This document shows, piece by piece, positions 50,191-59,302 of a stretch of DNA of 64,000 nucleotides. The stretch's first letter is position 1, and every line of letters begins with the position of its first letter. Source of the stretch: an uncultured delta proteobacterium (GTDB lineage: Bacteria; Myxococcota_A; Polyangia; Polyangiales; B10-G4). The DNA is taken from assembly GCA_963727445.1 (NCBI GenBank), contig CAVSGI010000010.1, positions 1,512,621 through 1,576,620 of the forward strand, written 5' to 3'. The notes under the pieces were generated by a model that was not told the DNA's origin, made no database searches, and worked only from the letters and a program-made list of their open reading frames with translations. The position numbers and the translations under genes are program-made.

Positions 50191-50855
50191 CTGGCGTTCA
50201 GTGCACGGGGAAAGAGAACGTTGTTCTCGAGGTGGATGTGCTCCATCAGCTCGGACTCGAGCTTGACGAGGCCAGCGTAAAGGGCGCGCCACGTGGCGCA
50301 CGCGCCCGGCGGTGCTTCGAGGTCCGAGGTGAGCTCACGAACCCGGCGGAGGTTCGCGCCGTGGTCGTCGTGCTCTTGTGTCATCACCCGGATCGGCATC
50401 TGCACACGCGCACCAGCGGCGCCGGACCGGATGGCGACGAAGAGCACCTGCTCTTCCTTTTCGAGGTGCTGACGCACTTCGGCGTCCATGTGCGAGAGGT
50501 GCTCCGCGAGCCCCCGGGGACATCCCGGCTTGGCCGCGTGGACACGCTCCACCTTCTTCGCGGCCTCGATGAGGACCGGAAGATCCCGACGCAGGGGCTC
50601 GTGGTAGCGCTTCACGATCCGATCGATGAGCTCCGACAGAGGTCGAGTGTCCCAACCGCTGAGCTCCTCGTCGTCCGCTTCCGCGGCGATCTCCTCGATC
50701 ACTTCTCGAGGATCGAGGCCGGCCTGCGCGCACGCGTCGCCCAGCTTCTGGCGTCCGCCACAGCAGAAGTCGAGCCGGTGGCGAAGGAACACGTGGGTGG
50801 ACGCGGGGTGGTTGGTCGCGACCTGAGCGAGGGTCTGATCAGCATGGATGGTCAT
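50187..50855 (-). CDS. ric: Iron-sulfur cluster repair di-iron protein (RIC/YtfE/ScdA)
   Basis: LDFCCGG, HLEKEEQVLF, EHDDHG, AC.TW, HIHLENNVLFPRA. Confidence 0.95.
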   Translation of the reverse strand: MTIHADQTLAQVATNHPASTHVFLRHRLDFCCGGRQKLGDACAQAGLDPREVIEEIAAEADDEELSGWDTRPLSELIDRIVKRYHEPLRRDLPVLIEAAKKVERVHAAKPGCPRGLAEHLSHMDAEVRQHLEKEEQVLFVAIRSGAAGARVQMPIRVMTQEHDDHGANLRRVRELTSDLEAPPGACATWRALYAGLVKLESELMEHIHLENNVLFPRALNAR

Positions 50856-50867
50856 GCCCAGCCATGG

Positions 50868-50883
50868 AGCAGAGGGCGCGCCA
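50868..50883 (-). promoter_or_regulatory. Sigma-54 (-24/-12) promoter for ric
   Basis: TGGCGCG-CCCT-CTGCT on the minus strand (GG-N10-GC); divergent NorR gene. Confidence 0.75.
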
Positions 50884-50912
50884 ACACGAATCCCGCGGAC
50901 TTCTGGTGTGGT

Positions 50913-50974
50913 GTTATCCAAAAGAGTACCCGCCGCATGTCATCATTGGGATGACGCGTTATCATCACCATAAC
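50913..50974. promoter_or_regulatory. Three 17-bp imperfect palindromes, candidate NorR enhancer sites
   Basis: GTTATC-CAAAA-GAGTAC (50913), GTCATC-ATTGG-GATGAC (50939), GTTATC-ATCAC-CATAAC (50958). Confidence 0.6.
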
Positions 50975-52543
50975 GTGGCCAGCCAAGACCCTCTCCTCTC
51001 CATCGCGATCGACCTGACCGCCTCCCTCGCTTCGGGCGATCGGCTCTCCCGGCTCCTGGACGCCGTGCGGCAGGCCATCCCCTGTGATGCCGCGGCGGTG
51101 ATGGAGCTCGCAGGTGAGGAGCTCGTCCCTCTCGCCACCCACGGCCTCGCGCCCGAGGTGTTGGGCCGCCGCTTTCATCGCGGGGAGCACCCACGCCTCG
51201 ACCTGGTCCTCGCGCGCGAATCACCGATTCGTTTTCCATCCGACAGCGCGCTTCCCGACCCGTATGACGGACTGCTCCTGGTCAATCCGGACGCGACGCG
51301 CGACGTGCACGCGTGCCTGGGATGCCCCCTGCTCGAAGGCGACGCGGTGATCGGCGTGCTCACGGCGGACGCGCTCGAGCCCGGCGCCTTCGACGACCTC
51401 GACGATCACTTCCTGCGGATGATCGGGGCCCTCGCGGGCGCCGCGCTCAACACGGGGCGTTTGATCGAAGCGCTCGAAGCGACCTCGCGCCGCCACGAGC
51501 GCGTCGCCCACGTCCTTCAGCGGGACGCCGCGCTGCGCGAAGGTGGGCATCAGATGATCGGGACGAGCCCGGTGATCCGGCGAGTGCGCGAGGAGATCGA
51601 GCTCGTCGCGCCATCCGACTTCGCGGTGCTCATCACGGGCGAGACCGGCGTCGGCAAGGAGCTCGTCGCGCGATCGCTGCACGAACAGTCGCGGCGCCGC
51701 GACGAAGCGCTCATCTACGTCAACTGCGCCGCGTTGCCCGAGACGGTCGTGGAGAGCGAGCTCTTCGGCCATCTGCGCGGCGCGTTCACCGGCGCGACGG
51801 CCGACCGCGCGGGGAAGTTCGAGGTCGCGGATCGCGGAACGCTCTTCCTCGACGAGATCGGCGAGCTCCCGCTCTCGGTTCAGCCGAAGCTCCTTCGCGC
51901 GCTGCAAGAGGGCGAGATCCAGCGCGTCGGCTCGGACGAGGTCCTGCGCGTCGATGTGAGGGTGGTGGCGGCGACGAATCGAGACCTGAGGCGCGAGGTG
52001 GAGGCCGGGCGATTTCGCCAGGACCTCTTCCATCGCCTCGAGATGTATCCGATCCACGTCCCCCCGCTCCGGGAGCGCCGCGCGGACATCCCGATGCTGG
52101 CCGGCTTCTTTCTGGACCTCTACCGAAGACGCCTGGGTCTCGGCCCCGTGCGGCTCACGAGCGCCGCCCGAGAGGCCCTCGTCGGCGCGGATTGGCCCGG
52201 CAACGCCCGCGAGCTCGACCATCTCCTCGGCCGCGCCGTTCTGCGGGCGAGCGCGAACACAGACCGGGGAGCGCCCGTTCGCATCGGGCCCGAGCATCTC
52301 CAACTCGAGCCCGCGCGCGAGGCGCTCGCCGCGTCCACCCCGGCATCTCGGCCGAGCGACACCCTGCTCGTCGAGGTGGCCGACAAGACCTTGAACGACG
52401 CGGTCGAAGAGCTGAAGCGGAAGATGGTGCTCCGAGCAGTCGAAGAAAACGACGGCAACTGGGCCGCCGCTGCGAGGTCCCTCGGCATGGCACGCAGCAA
52501 CCTGCACCGCATGGCCGAGCGCCTGGGGCTACGGGGGAGCTGA
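50975..52543 (+). CDS. norR: NO-responsive sigma-54 activator NorR
   Basis: GAF (HPRL, DPYDGL, VHAC), [15 protein letters not shown]-terminal HTH; start could be 50951. Confidence 0.9.
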   Translation: MASQDPLLSIAIDLTASLASGDRLSRLLDAVRQAIPCDAAAVMELAGEELVPLATHGLAPEVLGRRFHRGEHPRLDLVLARESPIRFPSDSALPDPYDGLLLVNPDATRDVHACLGCPLLEGDAVIGVLTADALEPGAFDDLDDHFLRMIGALAGAALNTGRLIEALEATSRRHERVAHVLQRDAALREGGHQMIGTSPVIRRVREEIELVAPSDFAVLITGETGVGKELVARSLHEQSRRRDEALIYVNCAALPETVVESELFGHLRGAFTGATADRAGKFEVADRGTLFLDEIGELPLSVQPKLLRALQEGEIQRVGSDEVLRVDVRVVAATNRDLRREVEAGRFRQDLFHRLEMYPIHVPPLRERRADIPMLAGFFLDLYRRRLGLGPVRLTSAAREALVGADWPGNARELDHLLGRAVLRASANTDRGAPVRIGPEHLQLEPAREALAASTPASRPSDTLLVEVADKTLNDAVEELKRKMVLRAVEENDGNWAAAARSLGMARSNLHRMAERLGLRGS

Positions 52544-52649
52544 AGCGCTTCGAGACGAAAGTCAGAATCGCGTGACCGTCTCGGTTAGAATCTCGCCATC
52601 CTCGCACACCCGACCGCGTCGCTCGACGCGGCGAAACAGAGTGACATCG

Positions 52650-53729
52650 ATGCCTCGGCAACTCGTCCCCCTGGCTCTCTTGTGTCTGGCGCTCGGCTCG
52701 GGCGTGACGTCGGGTTGTGGGGGCACGAGCACCGGCCACCGCGGCGGCAGCACGGCAACCGGTGCAGGCGACGCGACGCACCCACCGCGATCGCCCGCAC
52801 GCCACCGCGTGGCTGGCGCCGCGAACCCTCCCCGCGTTCGACCGGGCACGCCCGGGGATGTCGCCGGCGCGATCCTCCTCGCCGTCGCTGACAACGCGCT
52901 CCGCTTCGCCGTGACCGGCATCGAGGGGGCAATCGCGATCGGCAGGTGGTTGATGAGCGAAGGTCCCGGGACGGTCGGAGAAGCCCTCCTCCGCGCCCTG
53001 TGTGAGGCCGAGCGCGCGCCACGGCCGGGCGAAGAGCTCGCGCTCGTGTCCACCGACGAAGCGCCACCCTCAGCGCCGATCCTGATCCTCGATGGCTCGA
53101 TCGGCACGAGCGCGCGGCCCATGCGACTGGAGGCGCGAAGGACCGACGACGACGCCGTGGAGATCGCGGTGTGGGCGGGCGGCTGGCTCTTGTGCCTGTC
53201 GGGGGAGGCCGGCTTGCTCGTCGACGGCCGGTCCATCGAGGAGCTCGACGACTGGCCGGAAGCCATCGAGATGTCCGTTGAAATGCACGCCGATGACGAC
53301 ATCGCGGCGACCGCCCCGACCGAGGTGTTGCGCCACCCCTTCCTGTTGCGCGCGACACCAGAGCCACGGTCGGACCCGGAACGCGGCGCGACCGCCGCCA
53401 ACACAGCAGCTGCTGACGATGGCGCGTCCTCGATCCCGGTCACGCCAGAGCGCATCCGCGCGGCCCTCCTCGAAGGAAGCGCGCCGGACCTGGACGCTGG
53501 CTCCGGCTCACACCCACGATTGCAAGGCTCCGTGTTTCGCTTCCGCCTCCCGCGCAGCATCGCCCGCGCCGTCTTCAGCGCCGCACGCGTCGAGCTCGTG
53601 CTAGGCAGCGTCCGCGCGCGCTTCGCGCCGAGCGCGTCCAGCGCGGTCACCACCTTCCTGCGAACCCTCGTCGATCCTGCAGCGCCCGCGTCGAGCGCCG
53701 AGCCGGGTCGTCCCCCGCGTGGTTCGTAG
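52650..53729 (+). CDS. Hypothetical lipoprotein
   Basis: Lipobox-like TSGC; protein-like ORF. Confidence 0.55.
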   Translation: MPRQLVPLALLCLALGSGVTSGCGGTSTGHRGGSTATGAGDATHPPRSPARHRVAGAANPPRVRPGTPGDVAGAILLAVADNALRFAVTGIEGAIAIGRWLMSEGPGTVGEALLRALCEAERAPRPGEELALVSTDEAPPSAPILILDGSIGTSARPMRLEARRTDDDAVEIAVWAGGWLLCLSGEAGLLVDGRSIEELDDWPEAIEMSVEMHADDDIAATAPTEVLRHPFLLRATPEPRSDPERGATAANTAAADDGASSIPVTPERIRAALLEGSAPDLDAGSGSHPRLQGSVFRFRLPRSIARAVFSAARVELVLGSVRARFAPSASSAVTTFLRTLVDPAAPASSAEPGRPPRGS

Positions 53730-53947
53730 CGGGGGACACCACGAGCACACCTTCAGGATGCTGGGCCGGGGTCACTCGAGCTTCGGACCCGCGTCTGGCA
53801 GAGGCGCTGCGAACGACCGATTCGATCGCGCGGGGCAAAACGGAAGAAGGTGTCCGTAACCGTTCACGCCTGACGAAAGCTTGATCATCTCGATCGCTTA
53901 CGAGTTCGGAATTTACAGCGGCGAGCGGCTGTGATCTACCGTTCGAG

Positions 53948-55402
53948 GTGGACCTGGCCGCCGAGAACGCCGCGCTCAAGGCCGAACTGGCCGCGCGCGA
54001 CGCTCGTGTCGCGGAGTTGGAGGCGAAGGTCGCTCGTCTCGCCGAGCTGGAATCGGAGCTGGCGAAGCTGCGCGAGCTGCTCGGTCGTGACTCGAGCAAC
54101 TCGAATCTACCGCCGTCGAGCGACGGCCCCGGCAAGAGCCGCAATCAGCGCAAAGCCGAGCGCAGGAAGCGCAAGGTCAAGAAGCGCGGCGGCCAGAAGG
54201 GTCACGAGGGCTCGCACCGCGCGCTGCTGCCGGCCGAGCGGATGGACGCGGTCGAGGATTACTTTCCGTGCGCGTGCGGGCGCTGCGGCCGGAGGCTGCC
54301 CCGGGTCGCCGACCCACGAGCGAAGCGCTACCAGCAGACAGATCTCGATCGCGATGGAGTGTTTCGGACGGAGCACCGGCGCCACCGCGTGACCTGCCCG
54401 TCGTGTGGACACCGGACGTGGGCGACGTACGACGACAACGAGATCCCGCGTTCTCCGTTTGGCCCCGGGCTGACGAGCGCGGTGGTGCTGCTCACGGGCG
54501 TGTACCACCTGAGCCGGCGCAAGACGGTGAGCTTGTTGTGGGAGCTGCTCGGCGTGCGGATGTCGGTGGGAAGCGTCAGCGGGATCGAGAAACGGATGAG
54601 CGCAGCCGTGGCGCCCGCGGTGGACGAAGCGTGGGAGCACGCGAGAGCCGCGAGCGTCAAGCATGCCGATGGCACGACCTGGCTTCGCGCGGGCGTGGCG
54701 CTGTCCCTATGGGTCATCGCGACGGCGGCGGTCTCCGTGTTCAAGGTCCTGCCCAACGGCCGGGGCAAGACGCTGCGCGACAAGCTCTTCGTCGAGGTCC
54801 GCGGCATCCTGGTCAGCGACCGAGCGACGGCGCTGAAGTTCTGGGCGATGAAAAAGCGCCAAGTCTGCTGGGCTCACCTGCTTCGCAAGTTCGTCTCCTT
54901 CTCGCAGCGCGCCGGCCCGGCCGAATCCATCGGCAAGGAGCTGCTCGACTACACGGCGATCCTCTTCGACTACTGGTCCAAGTACCAACACGGCGAGCTG
55001 AGCCGCACGGCGTTCGTCGAGCGGATGGCACCGGTGCGTCTTCAGGTCGAGGCCACGCTCGAGCGCGCGGTGGCGATGGGCGAGGACGAGCTGTCCGGCT
55101 CTTGCGCCGACATCCTCGCGCACCGCGAGGCCCTGTGGACCTTCGTCGACCGCAACGGCGTCGAGCCGACGAACAACCACGCCGAGCGCGAGCTGCGCGC
55201 GTTCGTGCTCTGGCGCAAGCGCTCGTTCGGCACCCAGAGTGAACACGGAGATTGGTTCGCCGAGCGGATGATGACCATCGCGCACACGGCGCGAAAGCAG
55301 GGCATCGCCGTCCTCGACTTCCTCACCGCCTGCTGCGAGGCGAAGCTCGAGGGGGCAGACGCCCCGTCGCTCTTCGACCGCTCCCTTCGCGCAGCCGCCT
55401 GA
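53948..55402 (+). CDS. tnpC: IS66 transposase
   Basis: DSSNSNLPPSSD, GGQKGH, Zn finger, QVCWAHLLR, PTNNHAERELR. Confidence 0.95.
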   Translation: MDLAAENAALKAELAARDARVAELEAKVARLAELESELAKLRELLGRDSSNSNLPPSSDGPGKSRNQRKAERRKRKVKKRGGQKGHEGSHRALLPAERMDAVEDYFPCACGRCGRRLPRVADPRAKRYQQTDLDRDGVFRTEHRRHRVTCPSCGHRTWATYDDNEIPRSPFGPGLTSAVVLLTGVYHLSRRKTVSLLWELLGVRMSVGSVSGIEKRMSAAVAPAVDEAWEHARAASVKHADGTTWLRAGVALSLWVIATAAVSVFKVLPNGRGKTLRDKLFVEVRGILVSDRATALKFWAMKKRQVCWAHLLRKFVSFSQRAGPAESIGKELLDYTAILFDYWSKYQHGELSRTAFVERMAPVRLQVEATLERAVAMGEDELSGSCADILAHREALWTFVDRNGVEPTNNHAERELRAFVLWRKRSFGTQSEHGDWFAERMMTIAHTARKQGIAVLDFLTACCEAKLEGADAPSLFDRSLRAAA

Positions 55403-55405
55403 AGC

Positions 55406-55780
55406 TCAATCCATCGGAAAGTAGCGCGTCATGTGCTTCTGACCCGCGCTGCGGATCCGTCCGGCCGCTTTCAGGTTCGTCACCGACCGGTGAAGCTCGC
55501 GCGACGTCGCTCCCACCTTCGTCGAGAGCACCGACATCGTCTCGCCGGGGTGCGCGACGACCGCTTCGTAGAAGCACTCGCCAAGCGCGGCGATCTCCTC
55601 GGGCGTACGCCGCTTGCCGCCCTTCGCCGGCCCGGGTCGGCGACGCGTGCGTCGCGGCGGTGCGCTCGACCTCGCAAACGCCCGCTGCACCGCAGCCTCC
55701 GCTGCGCGGAGGCTCATCGCGATGTGCTCCTGCACCACCTTCTCGATCTTGTTGCCCAGTTCGTCGTGTGTCGTCGTCAT
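55406..55780 (-). CDS. Small winged-HTH DNA-binding protein inside the IS
   Basis: KRRTPEEI...HPGETM..L...LK..GRIRSAGQKHMTRYFP. Confidence 0.7.
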   Translation of the reverse strand: MTTTHDELGNKIEKVVQEHIAMSLRAAEAAVQRAFARSSAPPRRTRRRPGPAKGGKRRTPEEIAALGECFYEAVVAHPGETMSVLSTKVGATSRELHRSVTNLKAAGRIRSAGQKHMTRYFPMD

Positions 55781-55859
55781 GCGCGACGAGTCGCACGCGA
55801 AGGCCGCGCGCTCAACAGGGGGCCTGAACGGTTACAGGTGTCCCACCTCCCCCAAGCCG

Positions 55860-56009
55860 TCCGGTCACATCGCCCGACGTCACGCCCAACCCTGCCAGTT
55901 GTGACCGCTATCCGGTCACATCGCCCGACGTCACGCCCAACCCTGCCAGTTGTGACCGCTATCCGGTCACATCGGCCGACGTCACGCCCAACCCTCGGAG
56001 TTGCGACCG
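55860..56009. repeat. Three tandem 51-bp hairpin repeats (REP-like)
   Basis: Units at 55860, 55911 and 55962 (third diverged); arms CGGTCACA...TGTGACCG. Confidence 0.85.
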
Positions 56010-56045
56010 ACTCGACCCGATGACGGTCAGCCGCCCCAAAACCAA

Positions 56046-56072
56046 AGCGCCCCGGCTCATCGCCAGGGCGTC
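56046..56072 (-). terminator. Probable terminator downstream of the tRNA fragment
   Basis: GC hairpin GCGCCCCGGC-TCATC-GCCAGGGCGT followed by a T-rich run on the minus strand. Confidence 0.45.
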
Positions 56073-56126
56073 GGTGCGGAAGAGAGGAATCGAACCTCCA
56101 CGGGTTTTACCCCACAGGAACCTGAA
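56073..56126 (-). other. 3' half of tRNA-Leu(CAG): att site of an integrated element
   Basis: TTCAGGTTCCTG, long variable arm, GGAGGTTCGATTCCTC T-arm, acceptor strand; the 5' half is replaced at the anticodon loop. Confidence 0.85.
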
Positions 56127-56381
56127 GCGTCTCCCAGGGTACCTGGCACCAGTGATTCCGAGCAGTTGCGTGCGTCAGAACGCGGCACGGAGGGTCAAAA
56201 CGGGACCCATTCGCGGCACGGTGCCGCAATCGAGGGCGCGCTCGCTGAGGCCCTCGCCACCTGGCGCGAGGACGGCGATGTCGCAGCCCTGCGCCGTCAG
56301 ATTTGAGGCTCCTACTCGTCTTGGACGAGGGCGCGGAGCTCGATGTTTGACCCGGGATCTCCGGGACCGGAGGATGAGGAC

Positions 56382-57131
56382 GTGGCGACACAATCGACGA
56401 TAGAGTGGACGGAAACGACTTGGAATCCTGTGCGTGGCTGCACGAGGATCAGCCCCGGCTGCGAGCGCTGCTACGCCGAGTCCATGGCTCACCGCTTCAG
56501 CGGAGCCGGCGGGCCGTACGAGGGGCTGACCCGGAACCGCGGGAACGGACCACGCTGGAGTGGGAAGCTCCGACTGGTCGAGGAAGGCGTCGATGAGCCC
56601 CGCAGGTGGCGTCGGCCGCGGATTGTCTTCGTGAACTCGATGTCCGACCTGTTCCACCAGAAGGTCCCGCTCGCCTTCATCCAGCGGATCTTCGCAACCA
56701 TGGAGGCATGCCCGCAGCACACCTTCCAGGTCCTCACGAAGCGAGCCGACCGACTCCTCGAACTCTCGGGATCGCTTCCATGGCCGAAGAACGTTTGGAT
56801 GGGAGTGTCCGTCGAGAGCGCTGAATACGAATGGCGAGTCGACCGCCTCCGCGAGGTCCCAGCCGAAGTTCGGTTCCTCTCACTCGAGCCCCTCCTCGGG
56901 CCACTCTCGAACCTGGACCTCGACGGAATCCATTGGGTCATCGTCGGCGGCGAATCCGGACCAGGAGCACGACCGATGAAGAAGACATGGGTGCGCGCCG
57001 TTCGGCGTCAGTGTCGGAGAGCCGGCGTGCCCTTCTTCTTCAAGCAGTGGGGCGGAGTGCGGAAGAAGGAGGCGGGTCGCAAGCTCGACGGTCGTACCTA
57101 TGACGAGATGCCGGTGGCGGTCGGCGCGTAG
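56382..57131 (+). CDS. Phage Gp37/Gp68 (DUF5131) family protein
   Basis: IEWTETTWNPVRGC..ISPGCERCYA, FVNSMSDLFH, LSLEPLLG, GGESG, FFFKQWGG. Confidence 0.92.
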   Translation: MATQSTIEWTETTWNPVRGCTRISPGCERCYAESMAHRFSGAGGPYEGLTRNRGNGPRWSGKLRLVEEGVDEPRRWRRPRIVFVNSMSDLFHQKVPLAFIQRIFATMEACPQHTFQVLTKRADRLLELSGSLPWPKNVWMGVSVESAEYEWRVDRLREVPAEVRFLSLEPLLGPLSNLDLDGIHWVIVGGESGPGARPMKKTWVRAVRRQCRRAGVPFFFKQWGGVRKKEAGRKLDGRTYDEMPVAVGA

Positions 57132-57133
57132 CC

Positions 57134-58041
57134 ATGAGCCCGGGGGACAGCTCTGACGGCGATGCGTCGCACCGCTTCGGTGGGGAGTGGACGCGGCAGA
57201 AGCTCGAGGTGCTCGAGAAGTACCTGGCGGCGTACACACAGGCCCTGAAGAACCAGTCCTTCCGGACCGCATACATCGATGCGTTCGCTGGAACCGGCTA
57301 TCGCGCGGATGCGGATTCCGAAGCGGAGCTTGGGGAACCGATGTTCCCCGACCTCGCAGCCGACGAGCCGCAAGGGCTGCTGGATGGATCGGCGAGTATC
57401 GCCCTCCGACTCGAGCGCGCATTCTCGAAGCACATCTTCATCGAGTGTAGCCGTGCTCGGTGCGCGCAGCTCGAGAGTTAAGGGACGATTTCCCAGAGCG
57501 CGCGAGCGACATCGAGATTGTCCAGGGCGACGCCACCGACGAGATCCGCACGCTCTGTGCGAAGGACTGGCGCCGCCACCGGCGGTGATGGTCCTCGACC
57601 CGTATGGAATGCAGGTGGAGTGGTCCACGGTCGAGGCCATCGCCCGCACGCAAGCCGTCGACCTTTGGCTCCTGTTCCCCCTGGCTGGGGATCGGTATCA
57701 ACCGGCTGCTGCCCAAGAGCGGCGAGATCCCGGACCACTGGCGCCGTCGGATCGATCTCTTCCTGGGTACCGACGACTGGTACGAGGAGTTCTATCGGGT
57801 CGAGGCCACGCCGACCCTCTTCGGCACCGACGAGGAGCAGCTCGTAAAGGCCGGTATGGACGTGATCGGCCAGTACTTCCTCGAGCGACTTGGAGGGATC
57901 TTCGCTGATGTCGCCGAGCCCGGTGTGCTACGAAACCGCACGGGCTGTCCGCTGTACCTGCTGTGCTTTGCCGCGGCGAACCCGCGGGGGGCGAAGCCAG
58001 CGCTGCGGATCGCACGCAGCCTGCTCAGTGACCTTCGCTGA
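57134..58041 (+). pseudogene. tcmP: Three-Cys-motif partner protein (TcmP-like methyltransferase fold), three frameshifts
   Basis: WT..KLE.L..YL, YIDAFAGTG, LDPYG, PLYLLCFAA.N; frame breaks near 57478, 57582 and 57685. Confidence 0.8.
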
Positions 58042-58090
58042 CTTTCGAAGCTCACCGGAGCCCGAATTCAACGTCCTACCGTTCAAGCGC

Positions 58091-58464
58091 GTGTCCGACC
58101 GCCGCCAAGAAGAGGAAGAAGGCGCCCTCCTCCTTCCGGCGAGCGCCTCGCACGCATCCGTCGTGAGCGCGGCTTCACCCAGGTCGAGCTCGCCGAGCGT
58201 GTCGACCTCATCCAGGTCCTCATCAGCGACTACGAGCGCGGAAAGCTCCGGCCCTACGCCGACGTCGTCGTCCGCTTCGCCAAGGTCCTCGACGTCTCCA
58301 CCGACGAGCTCCTCGGCCTCAGCGACCGCCCGAAGAAGATCGCCCAGCCTCTCAATCGACGCCTCATGAGGCGGCTTCATGCGATCGAGGACCTGCCGAA
58401 GAGGGACCAGGACGCGCTCATCCGGACGATCGACGCCTTCTTGGGCAAGCAGAAGGCGGGGTAG
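58091..58464 (+). CDS. XRE-family HTH regulator (two extra C bases in the first 50 nt; missed by the ORF track)
   Basis: Manual translation GERLARIRRERGFTQVELAERV...ISDYERGKLRP...LDVSTDELLG...IEDLPKRDQDALIRTIDAFL. Confidence 0.85.
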
Positions 58465-58468
58465 CCCA

Positions 58469-59257
58469 GTGGCCGGCGACGCCGACGAAGAGGCGATCGT
58501 CACCGCCGCCCAGCAGGCTGTTGCAGACAAGGTGGGTGGATCGCTGTGCTTCCTGCTGCCAGGTCGGCGTGGGGAGATCCCGGAATCCGCCGGCAGCGGC
58601 GTCCTGATTCGGACGCGCCGGGATCACCTTGTCGTCTTGACGGCGAAACACGTGGCCGAGGACGCCGCCTCGCAAGAGATCCGCCTCGGCTACATCCAGT
58701 GTGGAAACACCCTGTCCGACTTCGTACGCGGGATGGAGCTTCATCCGGACCCCGCCGTCGACGTAGGTCTACTCGGCGTCAAGCCCTCCTACGAGCTGAT
58801 CCTCCGCTCGCTCGCCGAGAGCATCGACGACGTTGCGGAGGACGATCGCGTGATTGTCGAAGGCGACTGGCTCGTGCTCACGGGTTTCCCCGCAGAGTTC
58901 ATCAAGAAGCAGCGCTTCGAGTACGGCTTCACGAGCGTCTGCTACACCACCGGGCTCACCGACCCGCCCCGGGACGAGTCCGGGCGGTTTCGAATCGAGT
59001 GGTCGGAGAGAGTGACGCCCTTTGGGGCCGTCCCGATGCCACATCCCGGAGGGATCAGCGGGGGCGCGCTTTGGCGTTTCCGGCCCGTCCGGAGCGACGA
59101 CGAGCTCTGGTCGCCCACATCACGAGGAAGGCTCATCGGGATCCCCTGCTCTTGGGATTGCGTCCGCACGCAGTTCGCGGAGCCCACCTCGCGCTGGCGA
59201 GACTGGTTCCTCGAGAAGATCGAAGTGCTCGACGAGCATCTCAGCTCGGCCACCTGA
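58469..59257 (+). CDS. Trypsin-like serine protease
   Basis: GSGVLI, LTAKHV (His), DVGLL (Asp), GISGG (Ser); no signal peptide. Confidence 0.75.
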   Translation: MAGDADEEAIVTAAQQAVADKVGGSLCFLLPGRRGEIPESAGSGVLIRTRRDHLVVLTAKHVAEDAASQEIRLGYIQCGNTLSDFVRGMELHPDPAVDVGLLGVKPSYELILRSLAESIDDVAEDDRVIVEGDWLVLTGFPAEFIKKQRFEYGFTSVCYTTGLTDPPRDESGRFRIEWSERVTPFGAVPMPHPGGISGGALWRFRPVRSDDELWSPTSRGRLIGIPCSWDCVRTQFAEPTSRWRDWFLEKIEVLDEHLSSAT

Positions 59258-59302
59258 GTCTCTTGCGGGCATGCGCCCGGATCATGGTTATTGAGCGGGG
59301 TC

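Larger units (their letters stand above)
53856..55835 (+). mobile_element. IS66-family insertion sequence (single-transposase type), 1980 bp
   Basis: TIRs GTAACCGTTCAC/GGCC at both ends; 8-bp TSD AGGTGTCC at 53848-53855 and 55836-55843. Confidence 0.95.

Noticed and set aside
56073..56160. Functional tRNA-Leu
   Set aside because: The 5' acceptor strand, D-arm and 5' anticodon stem are absent
56127..56340. Small ORF or integrase remnant next to att (GALAEALATWREDGDVAALRRQI)
   Set aside because: No clear start and no catalytic motif; cannot be supported
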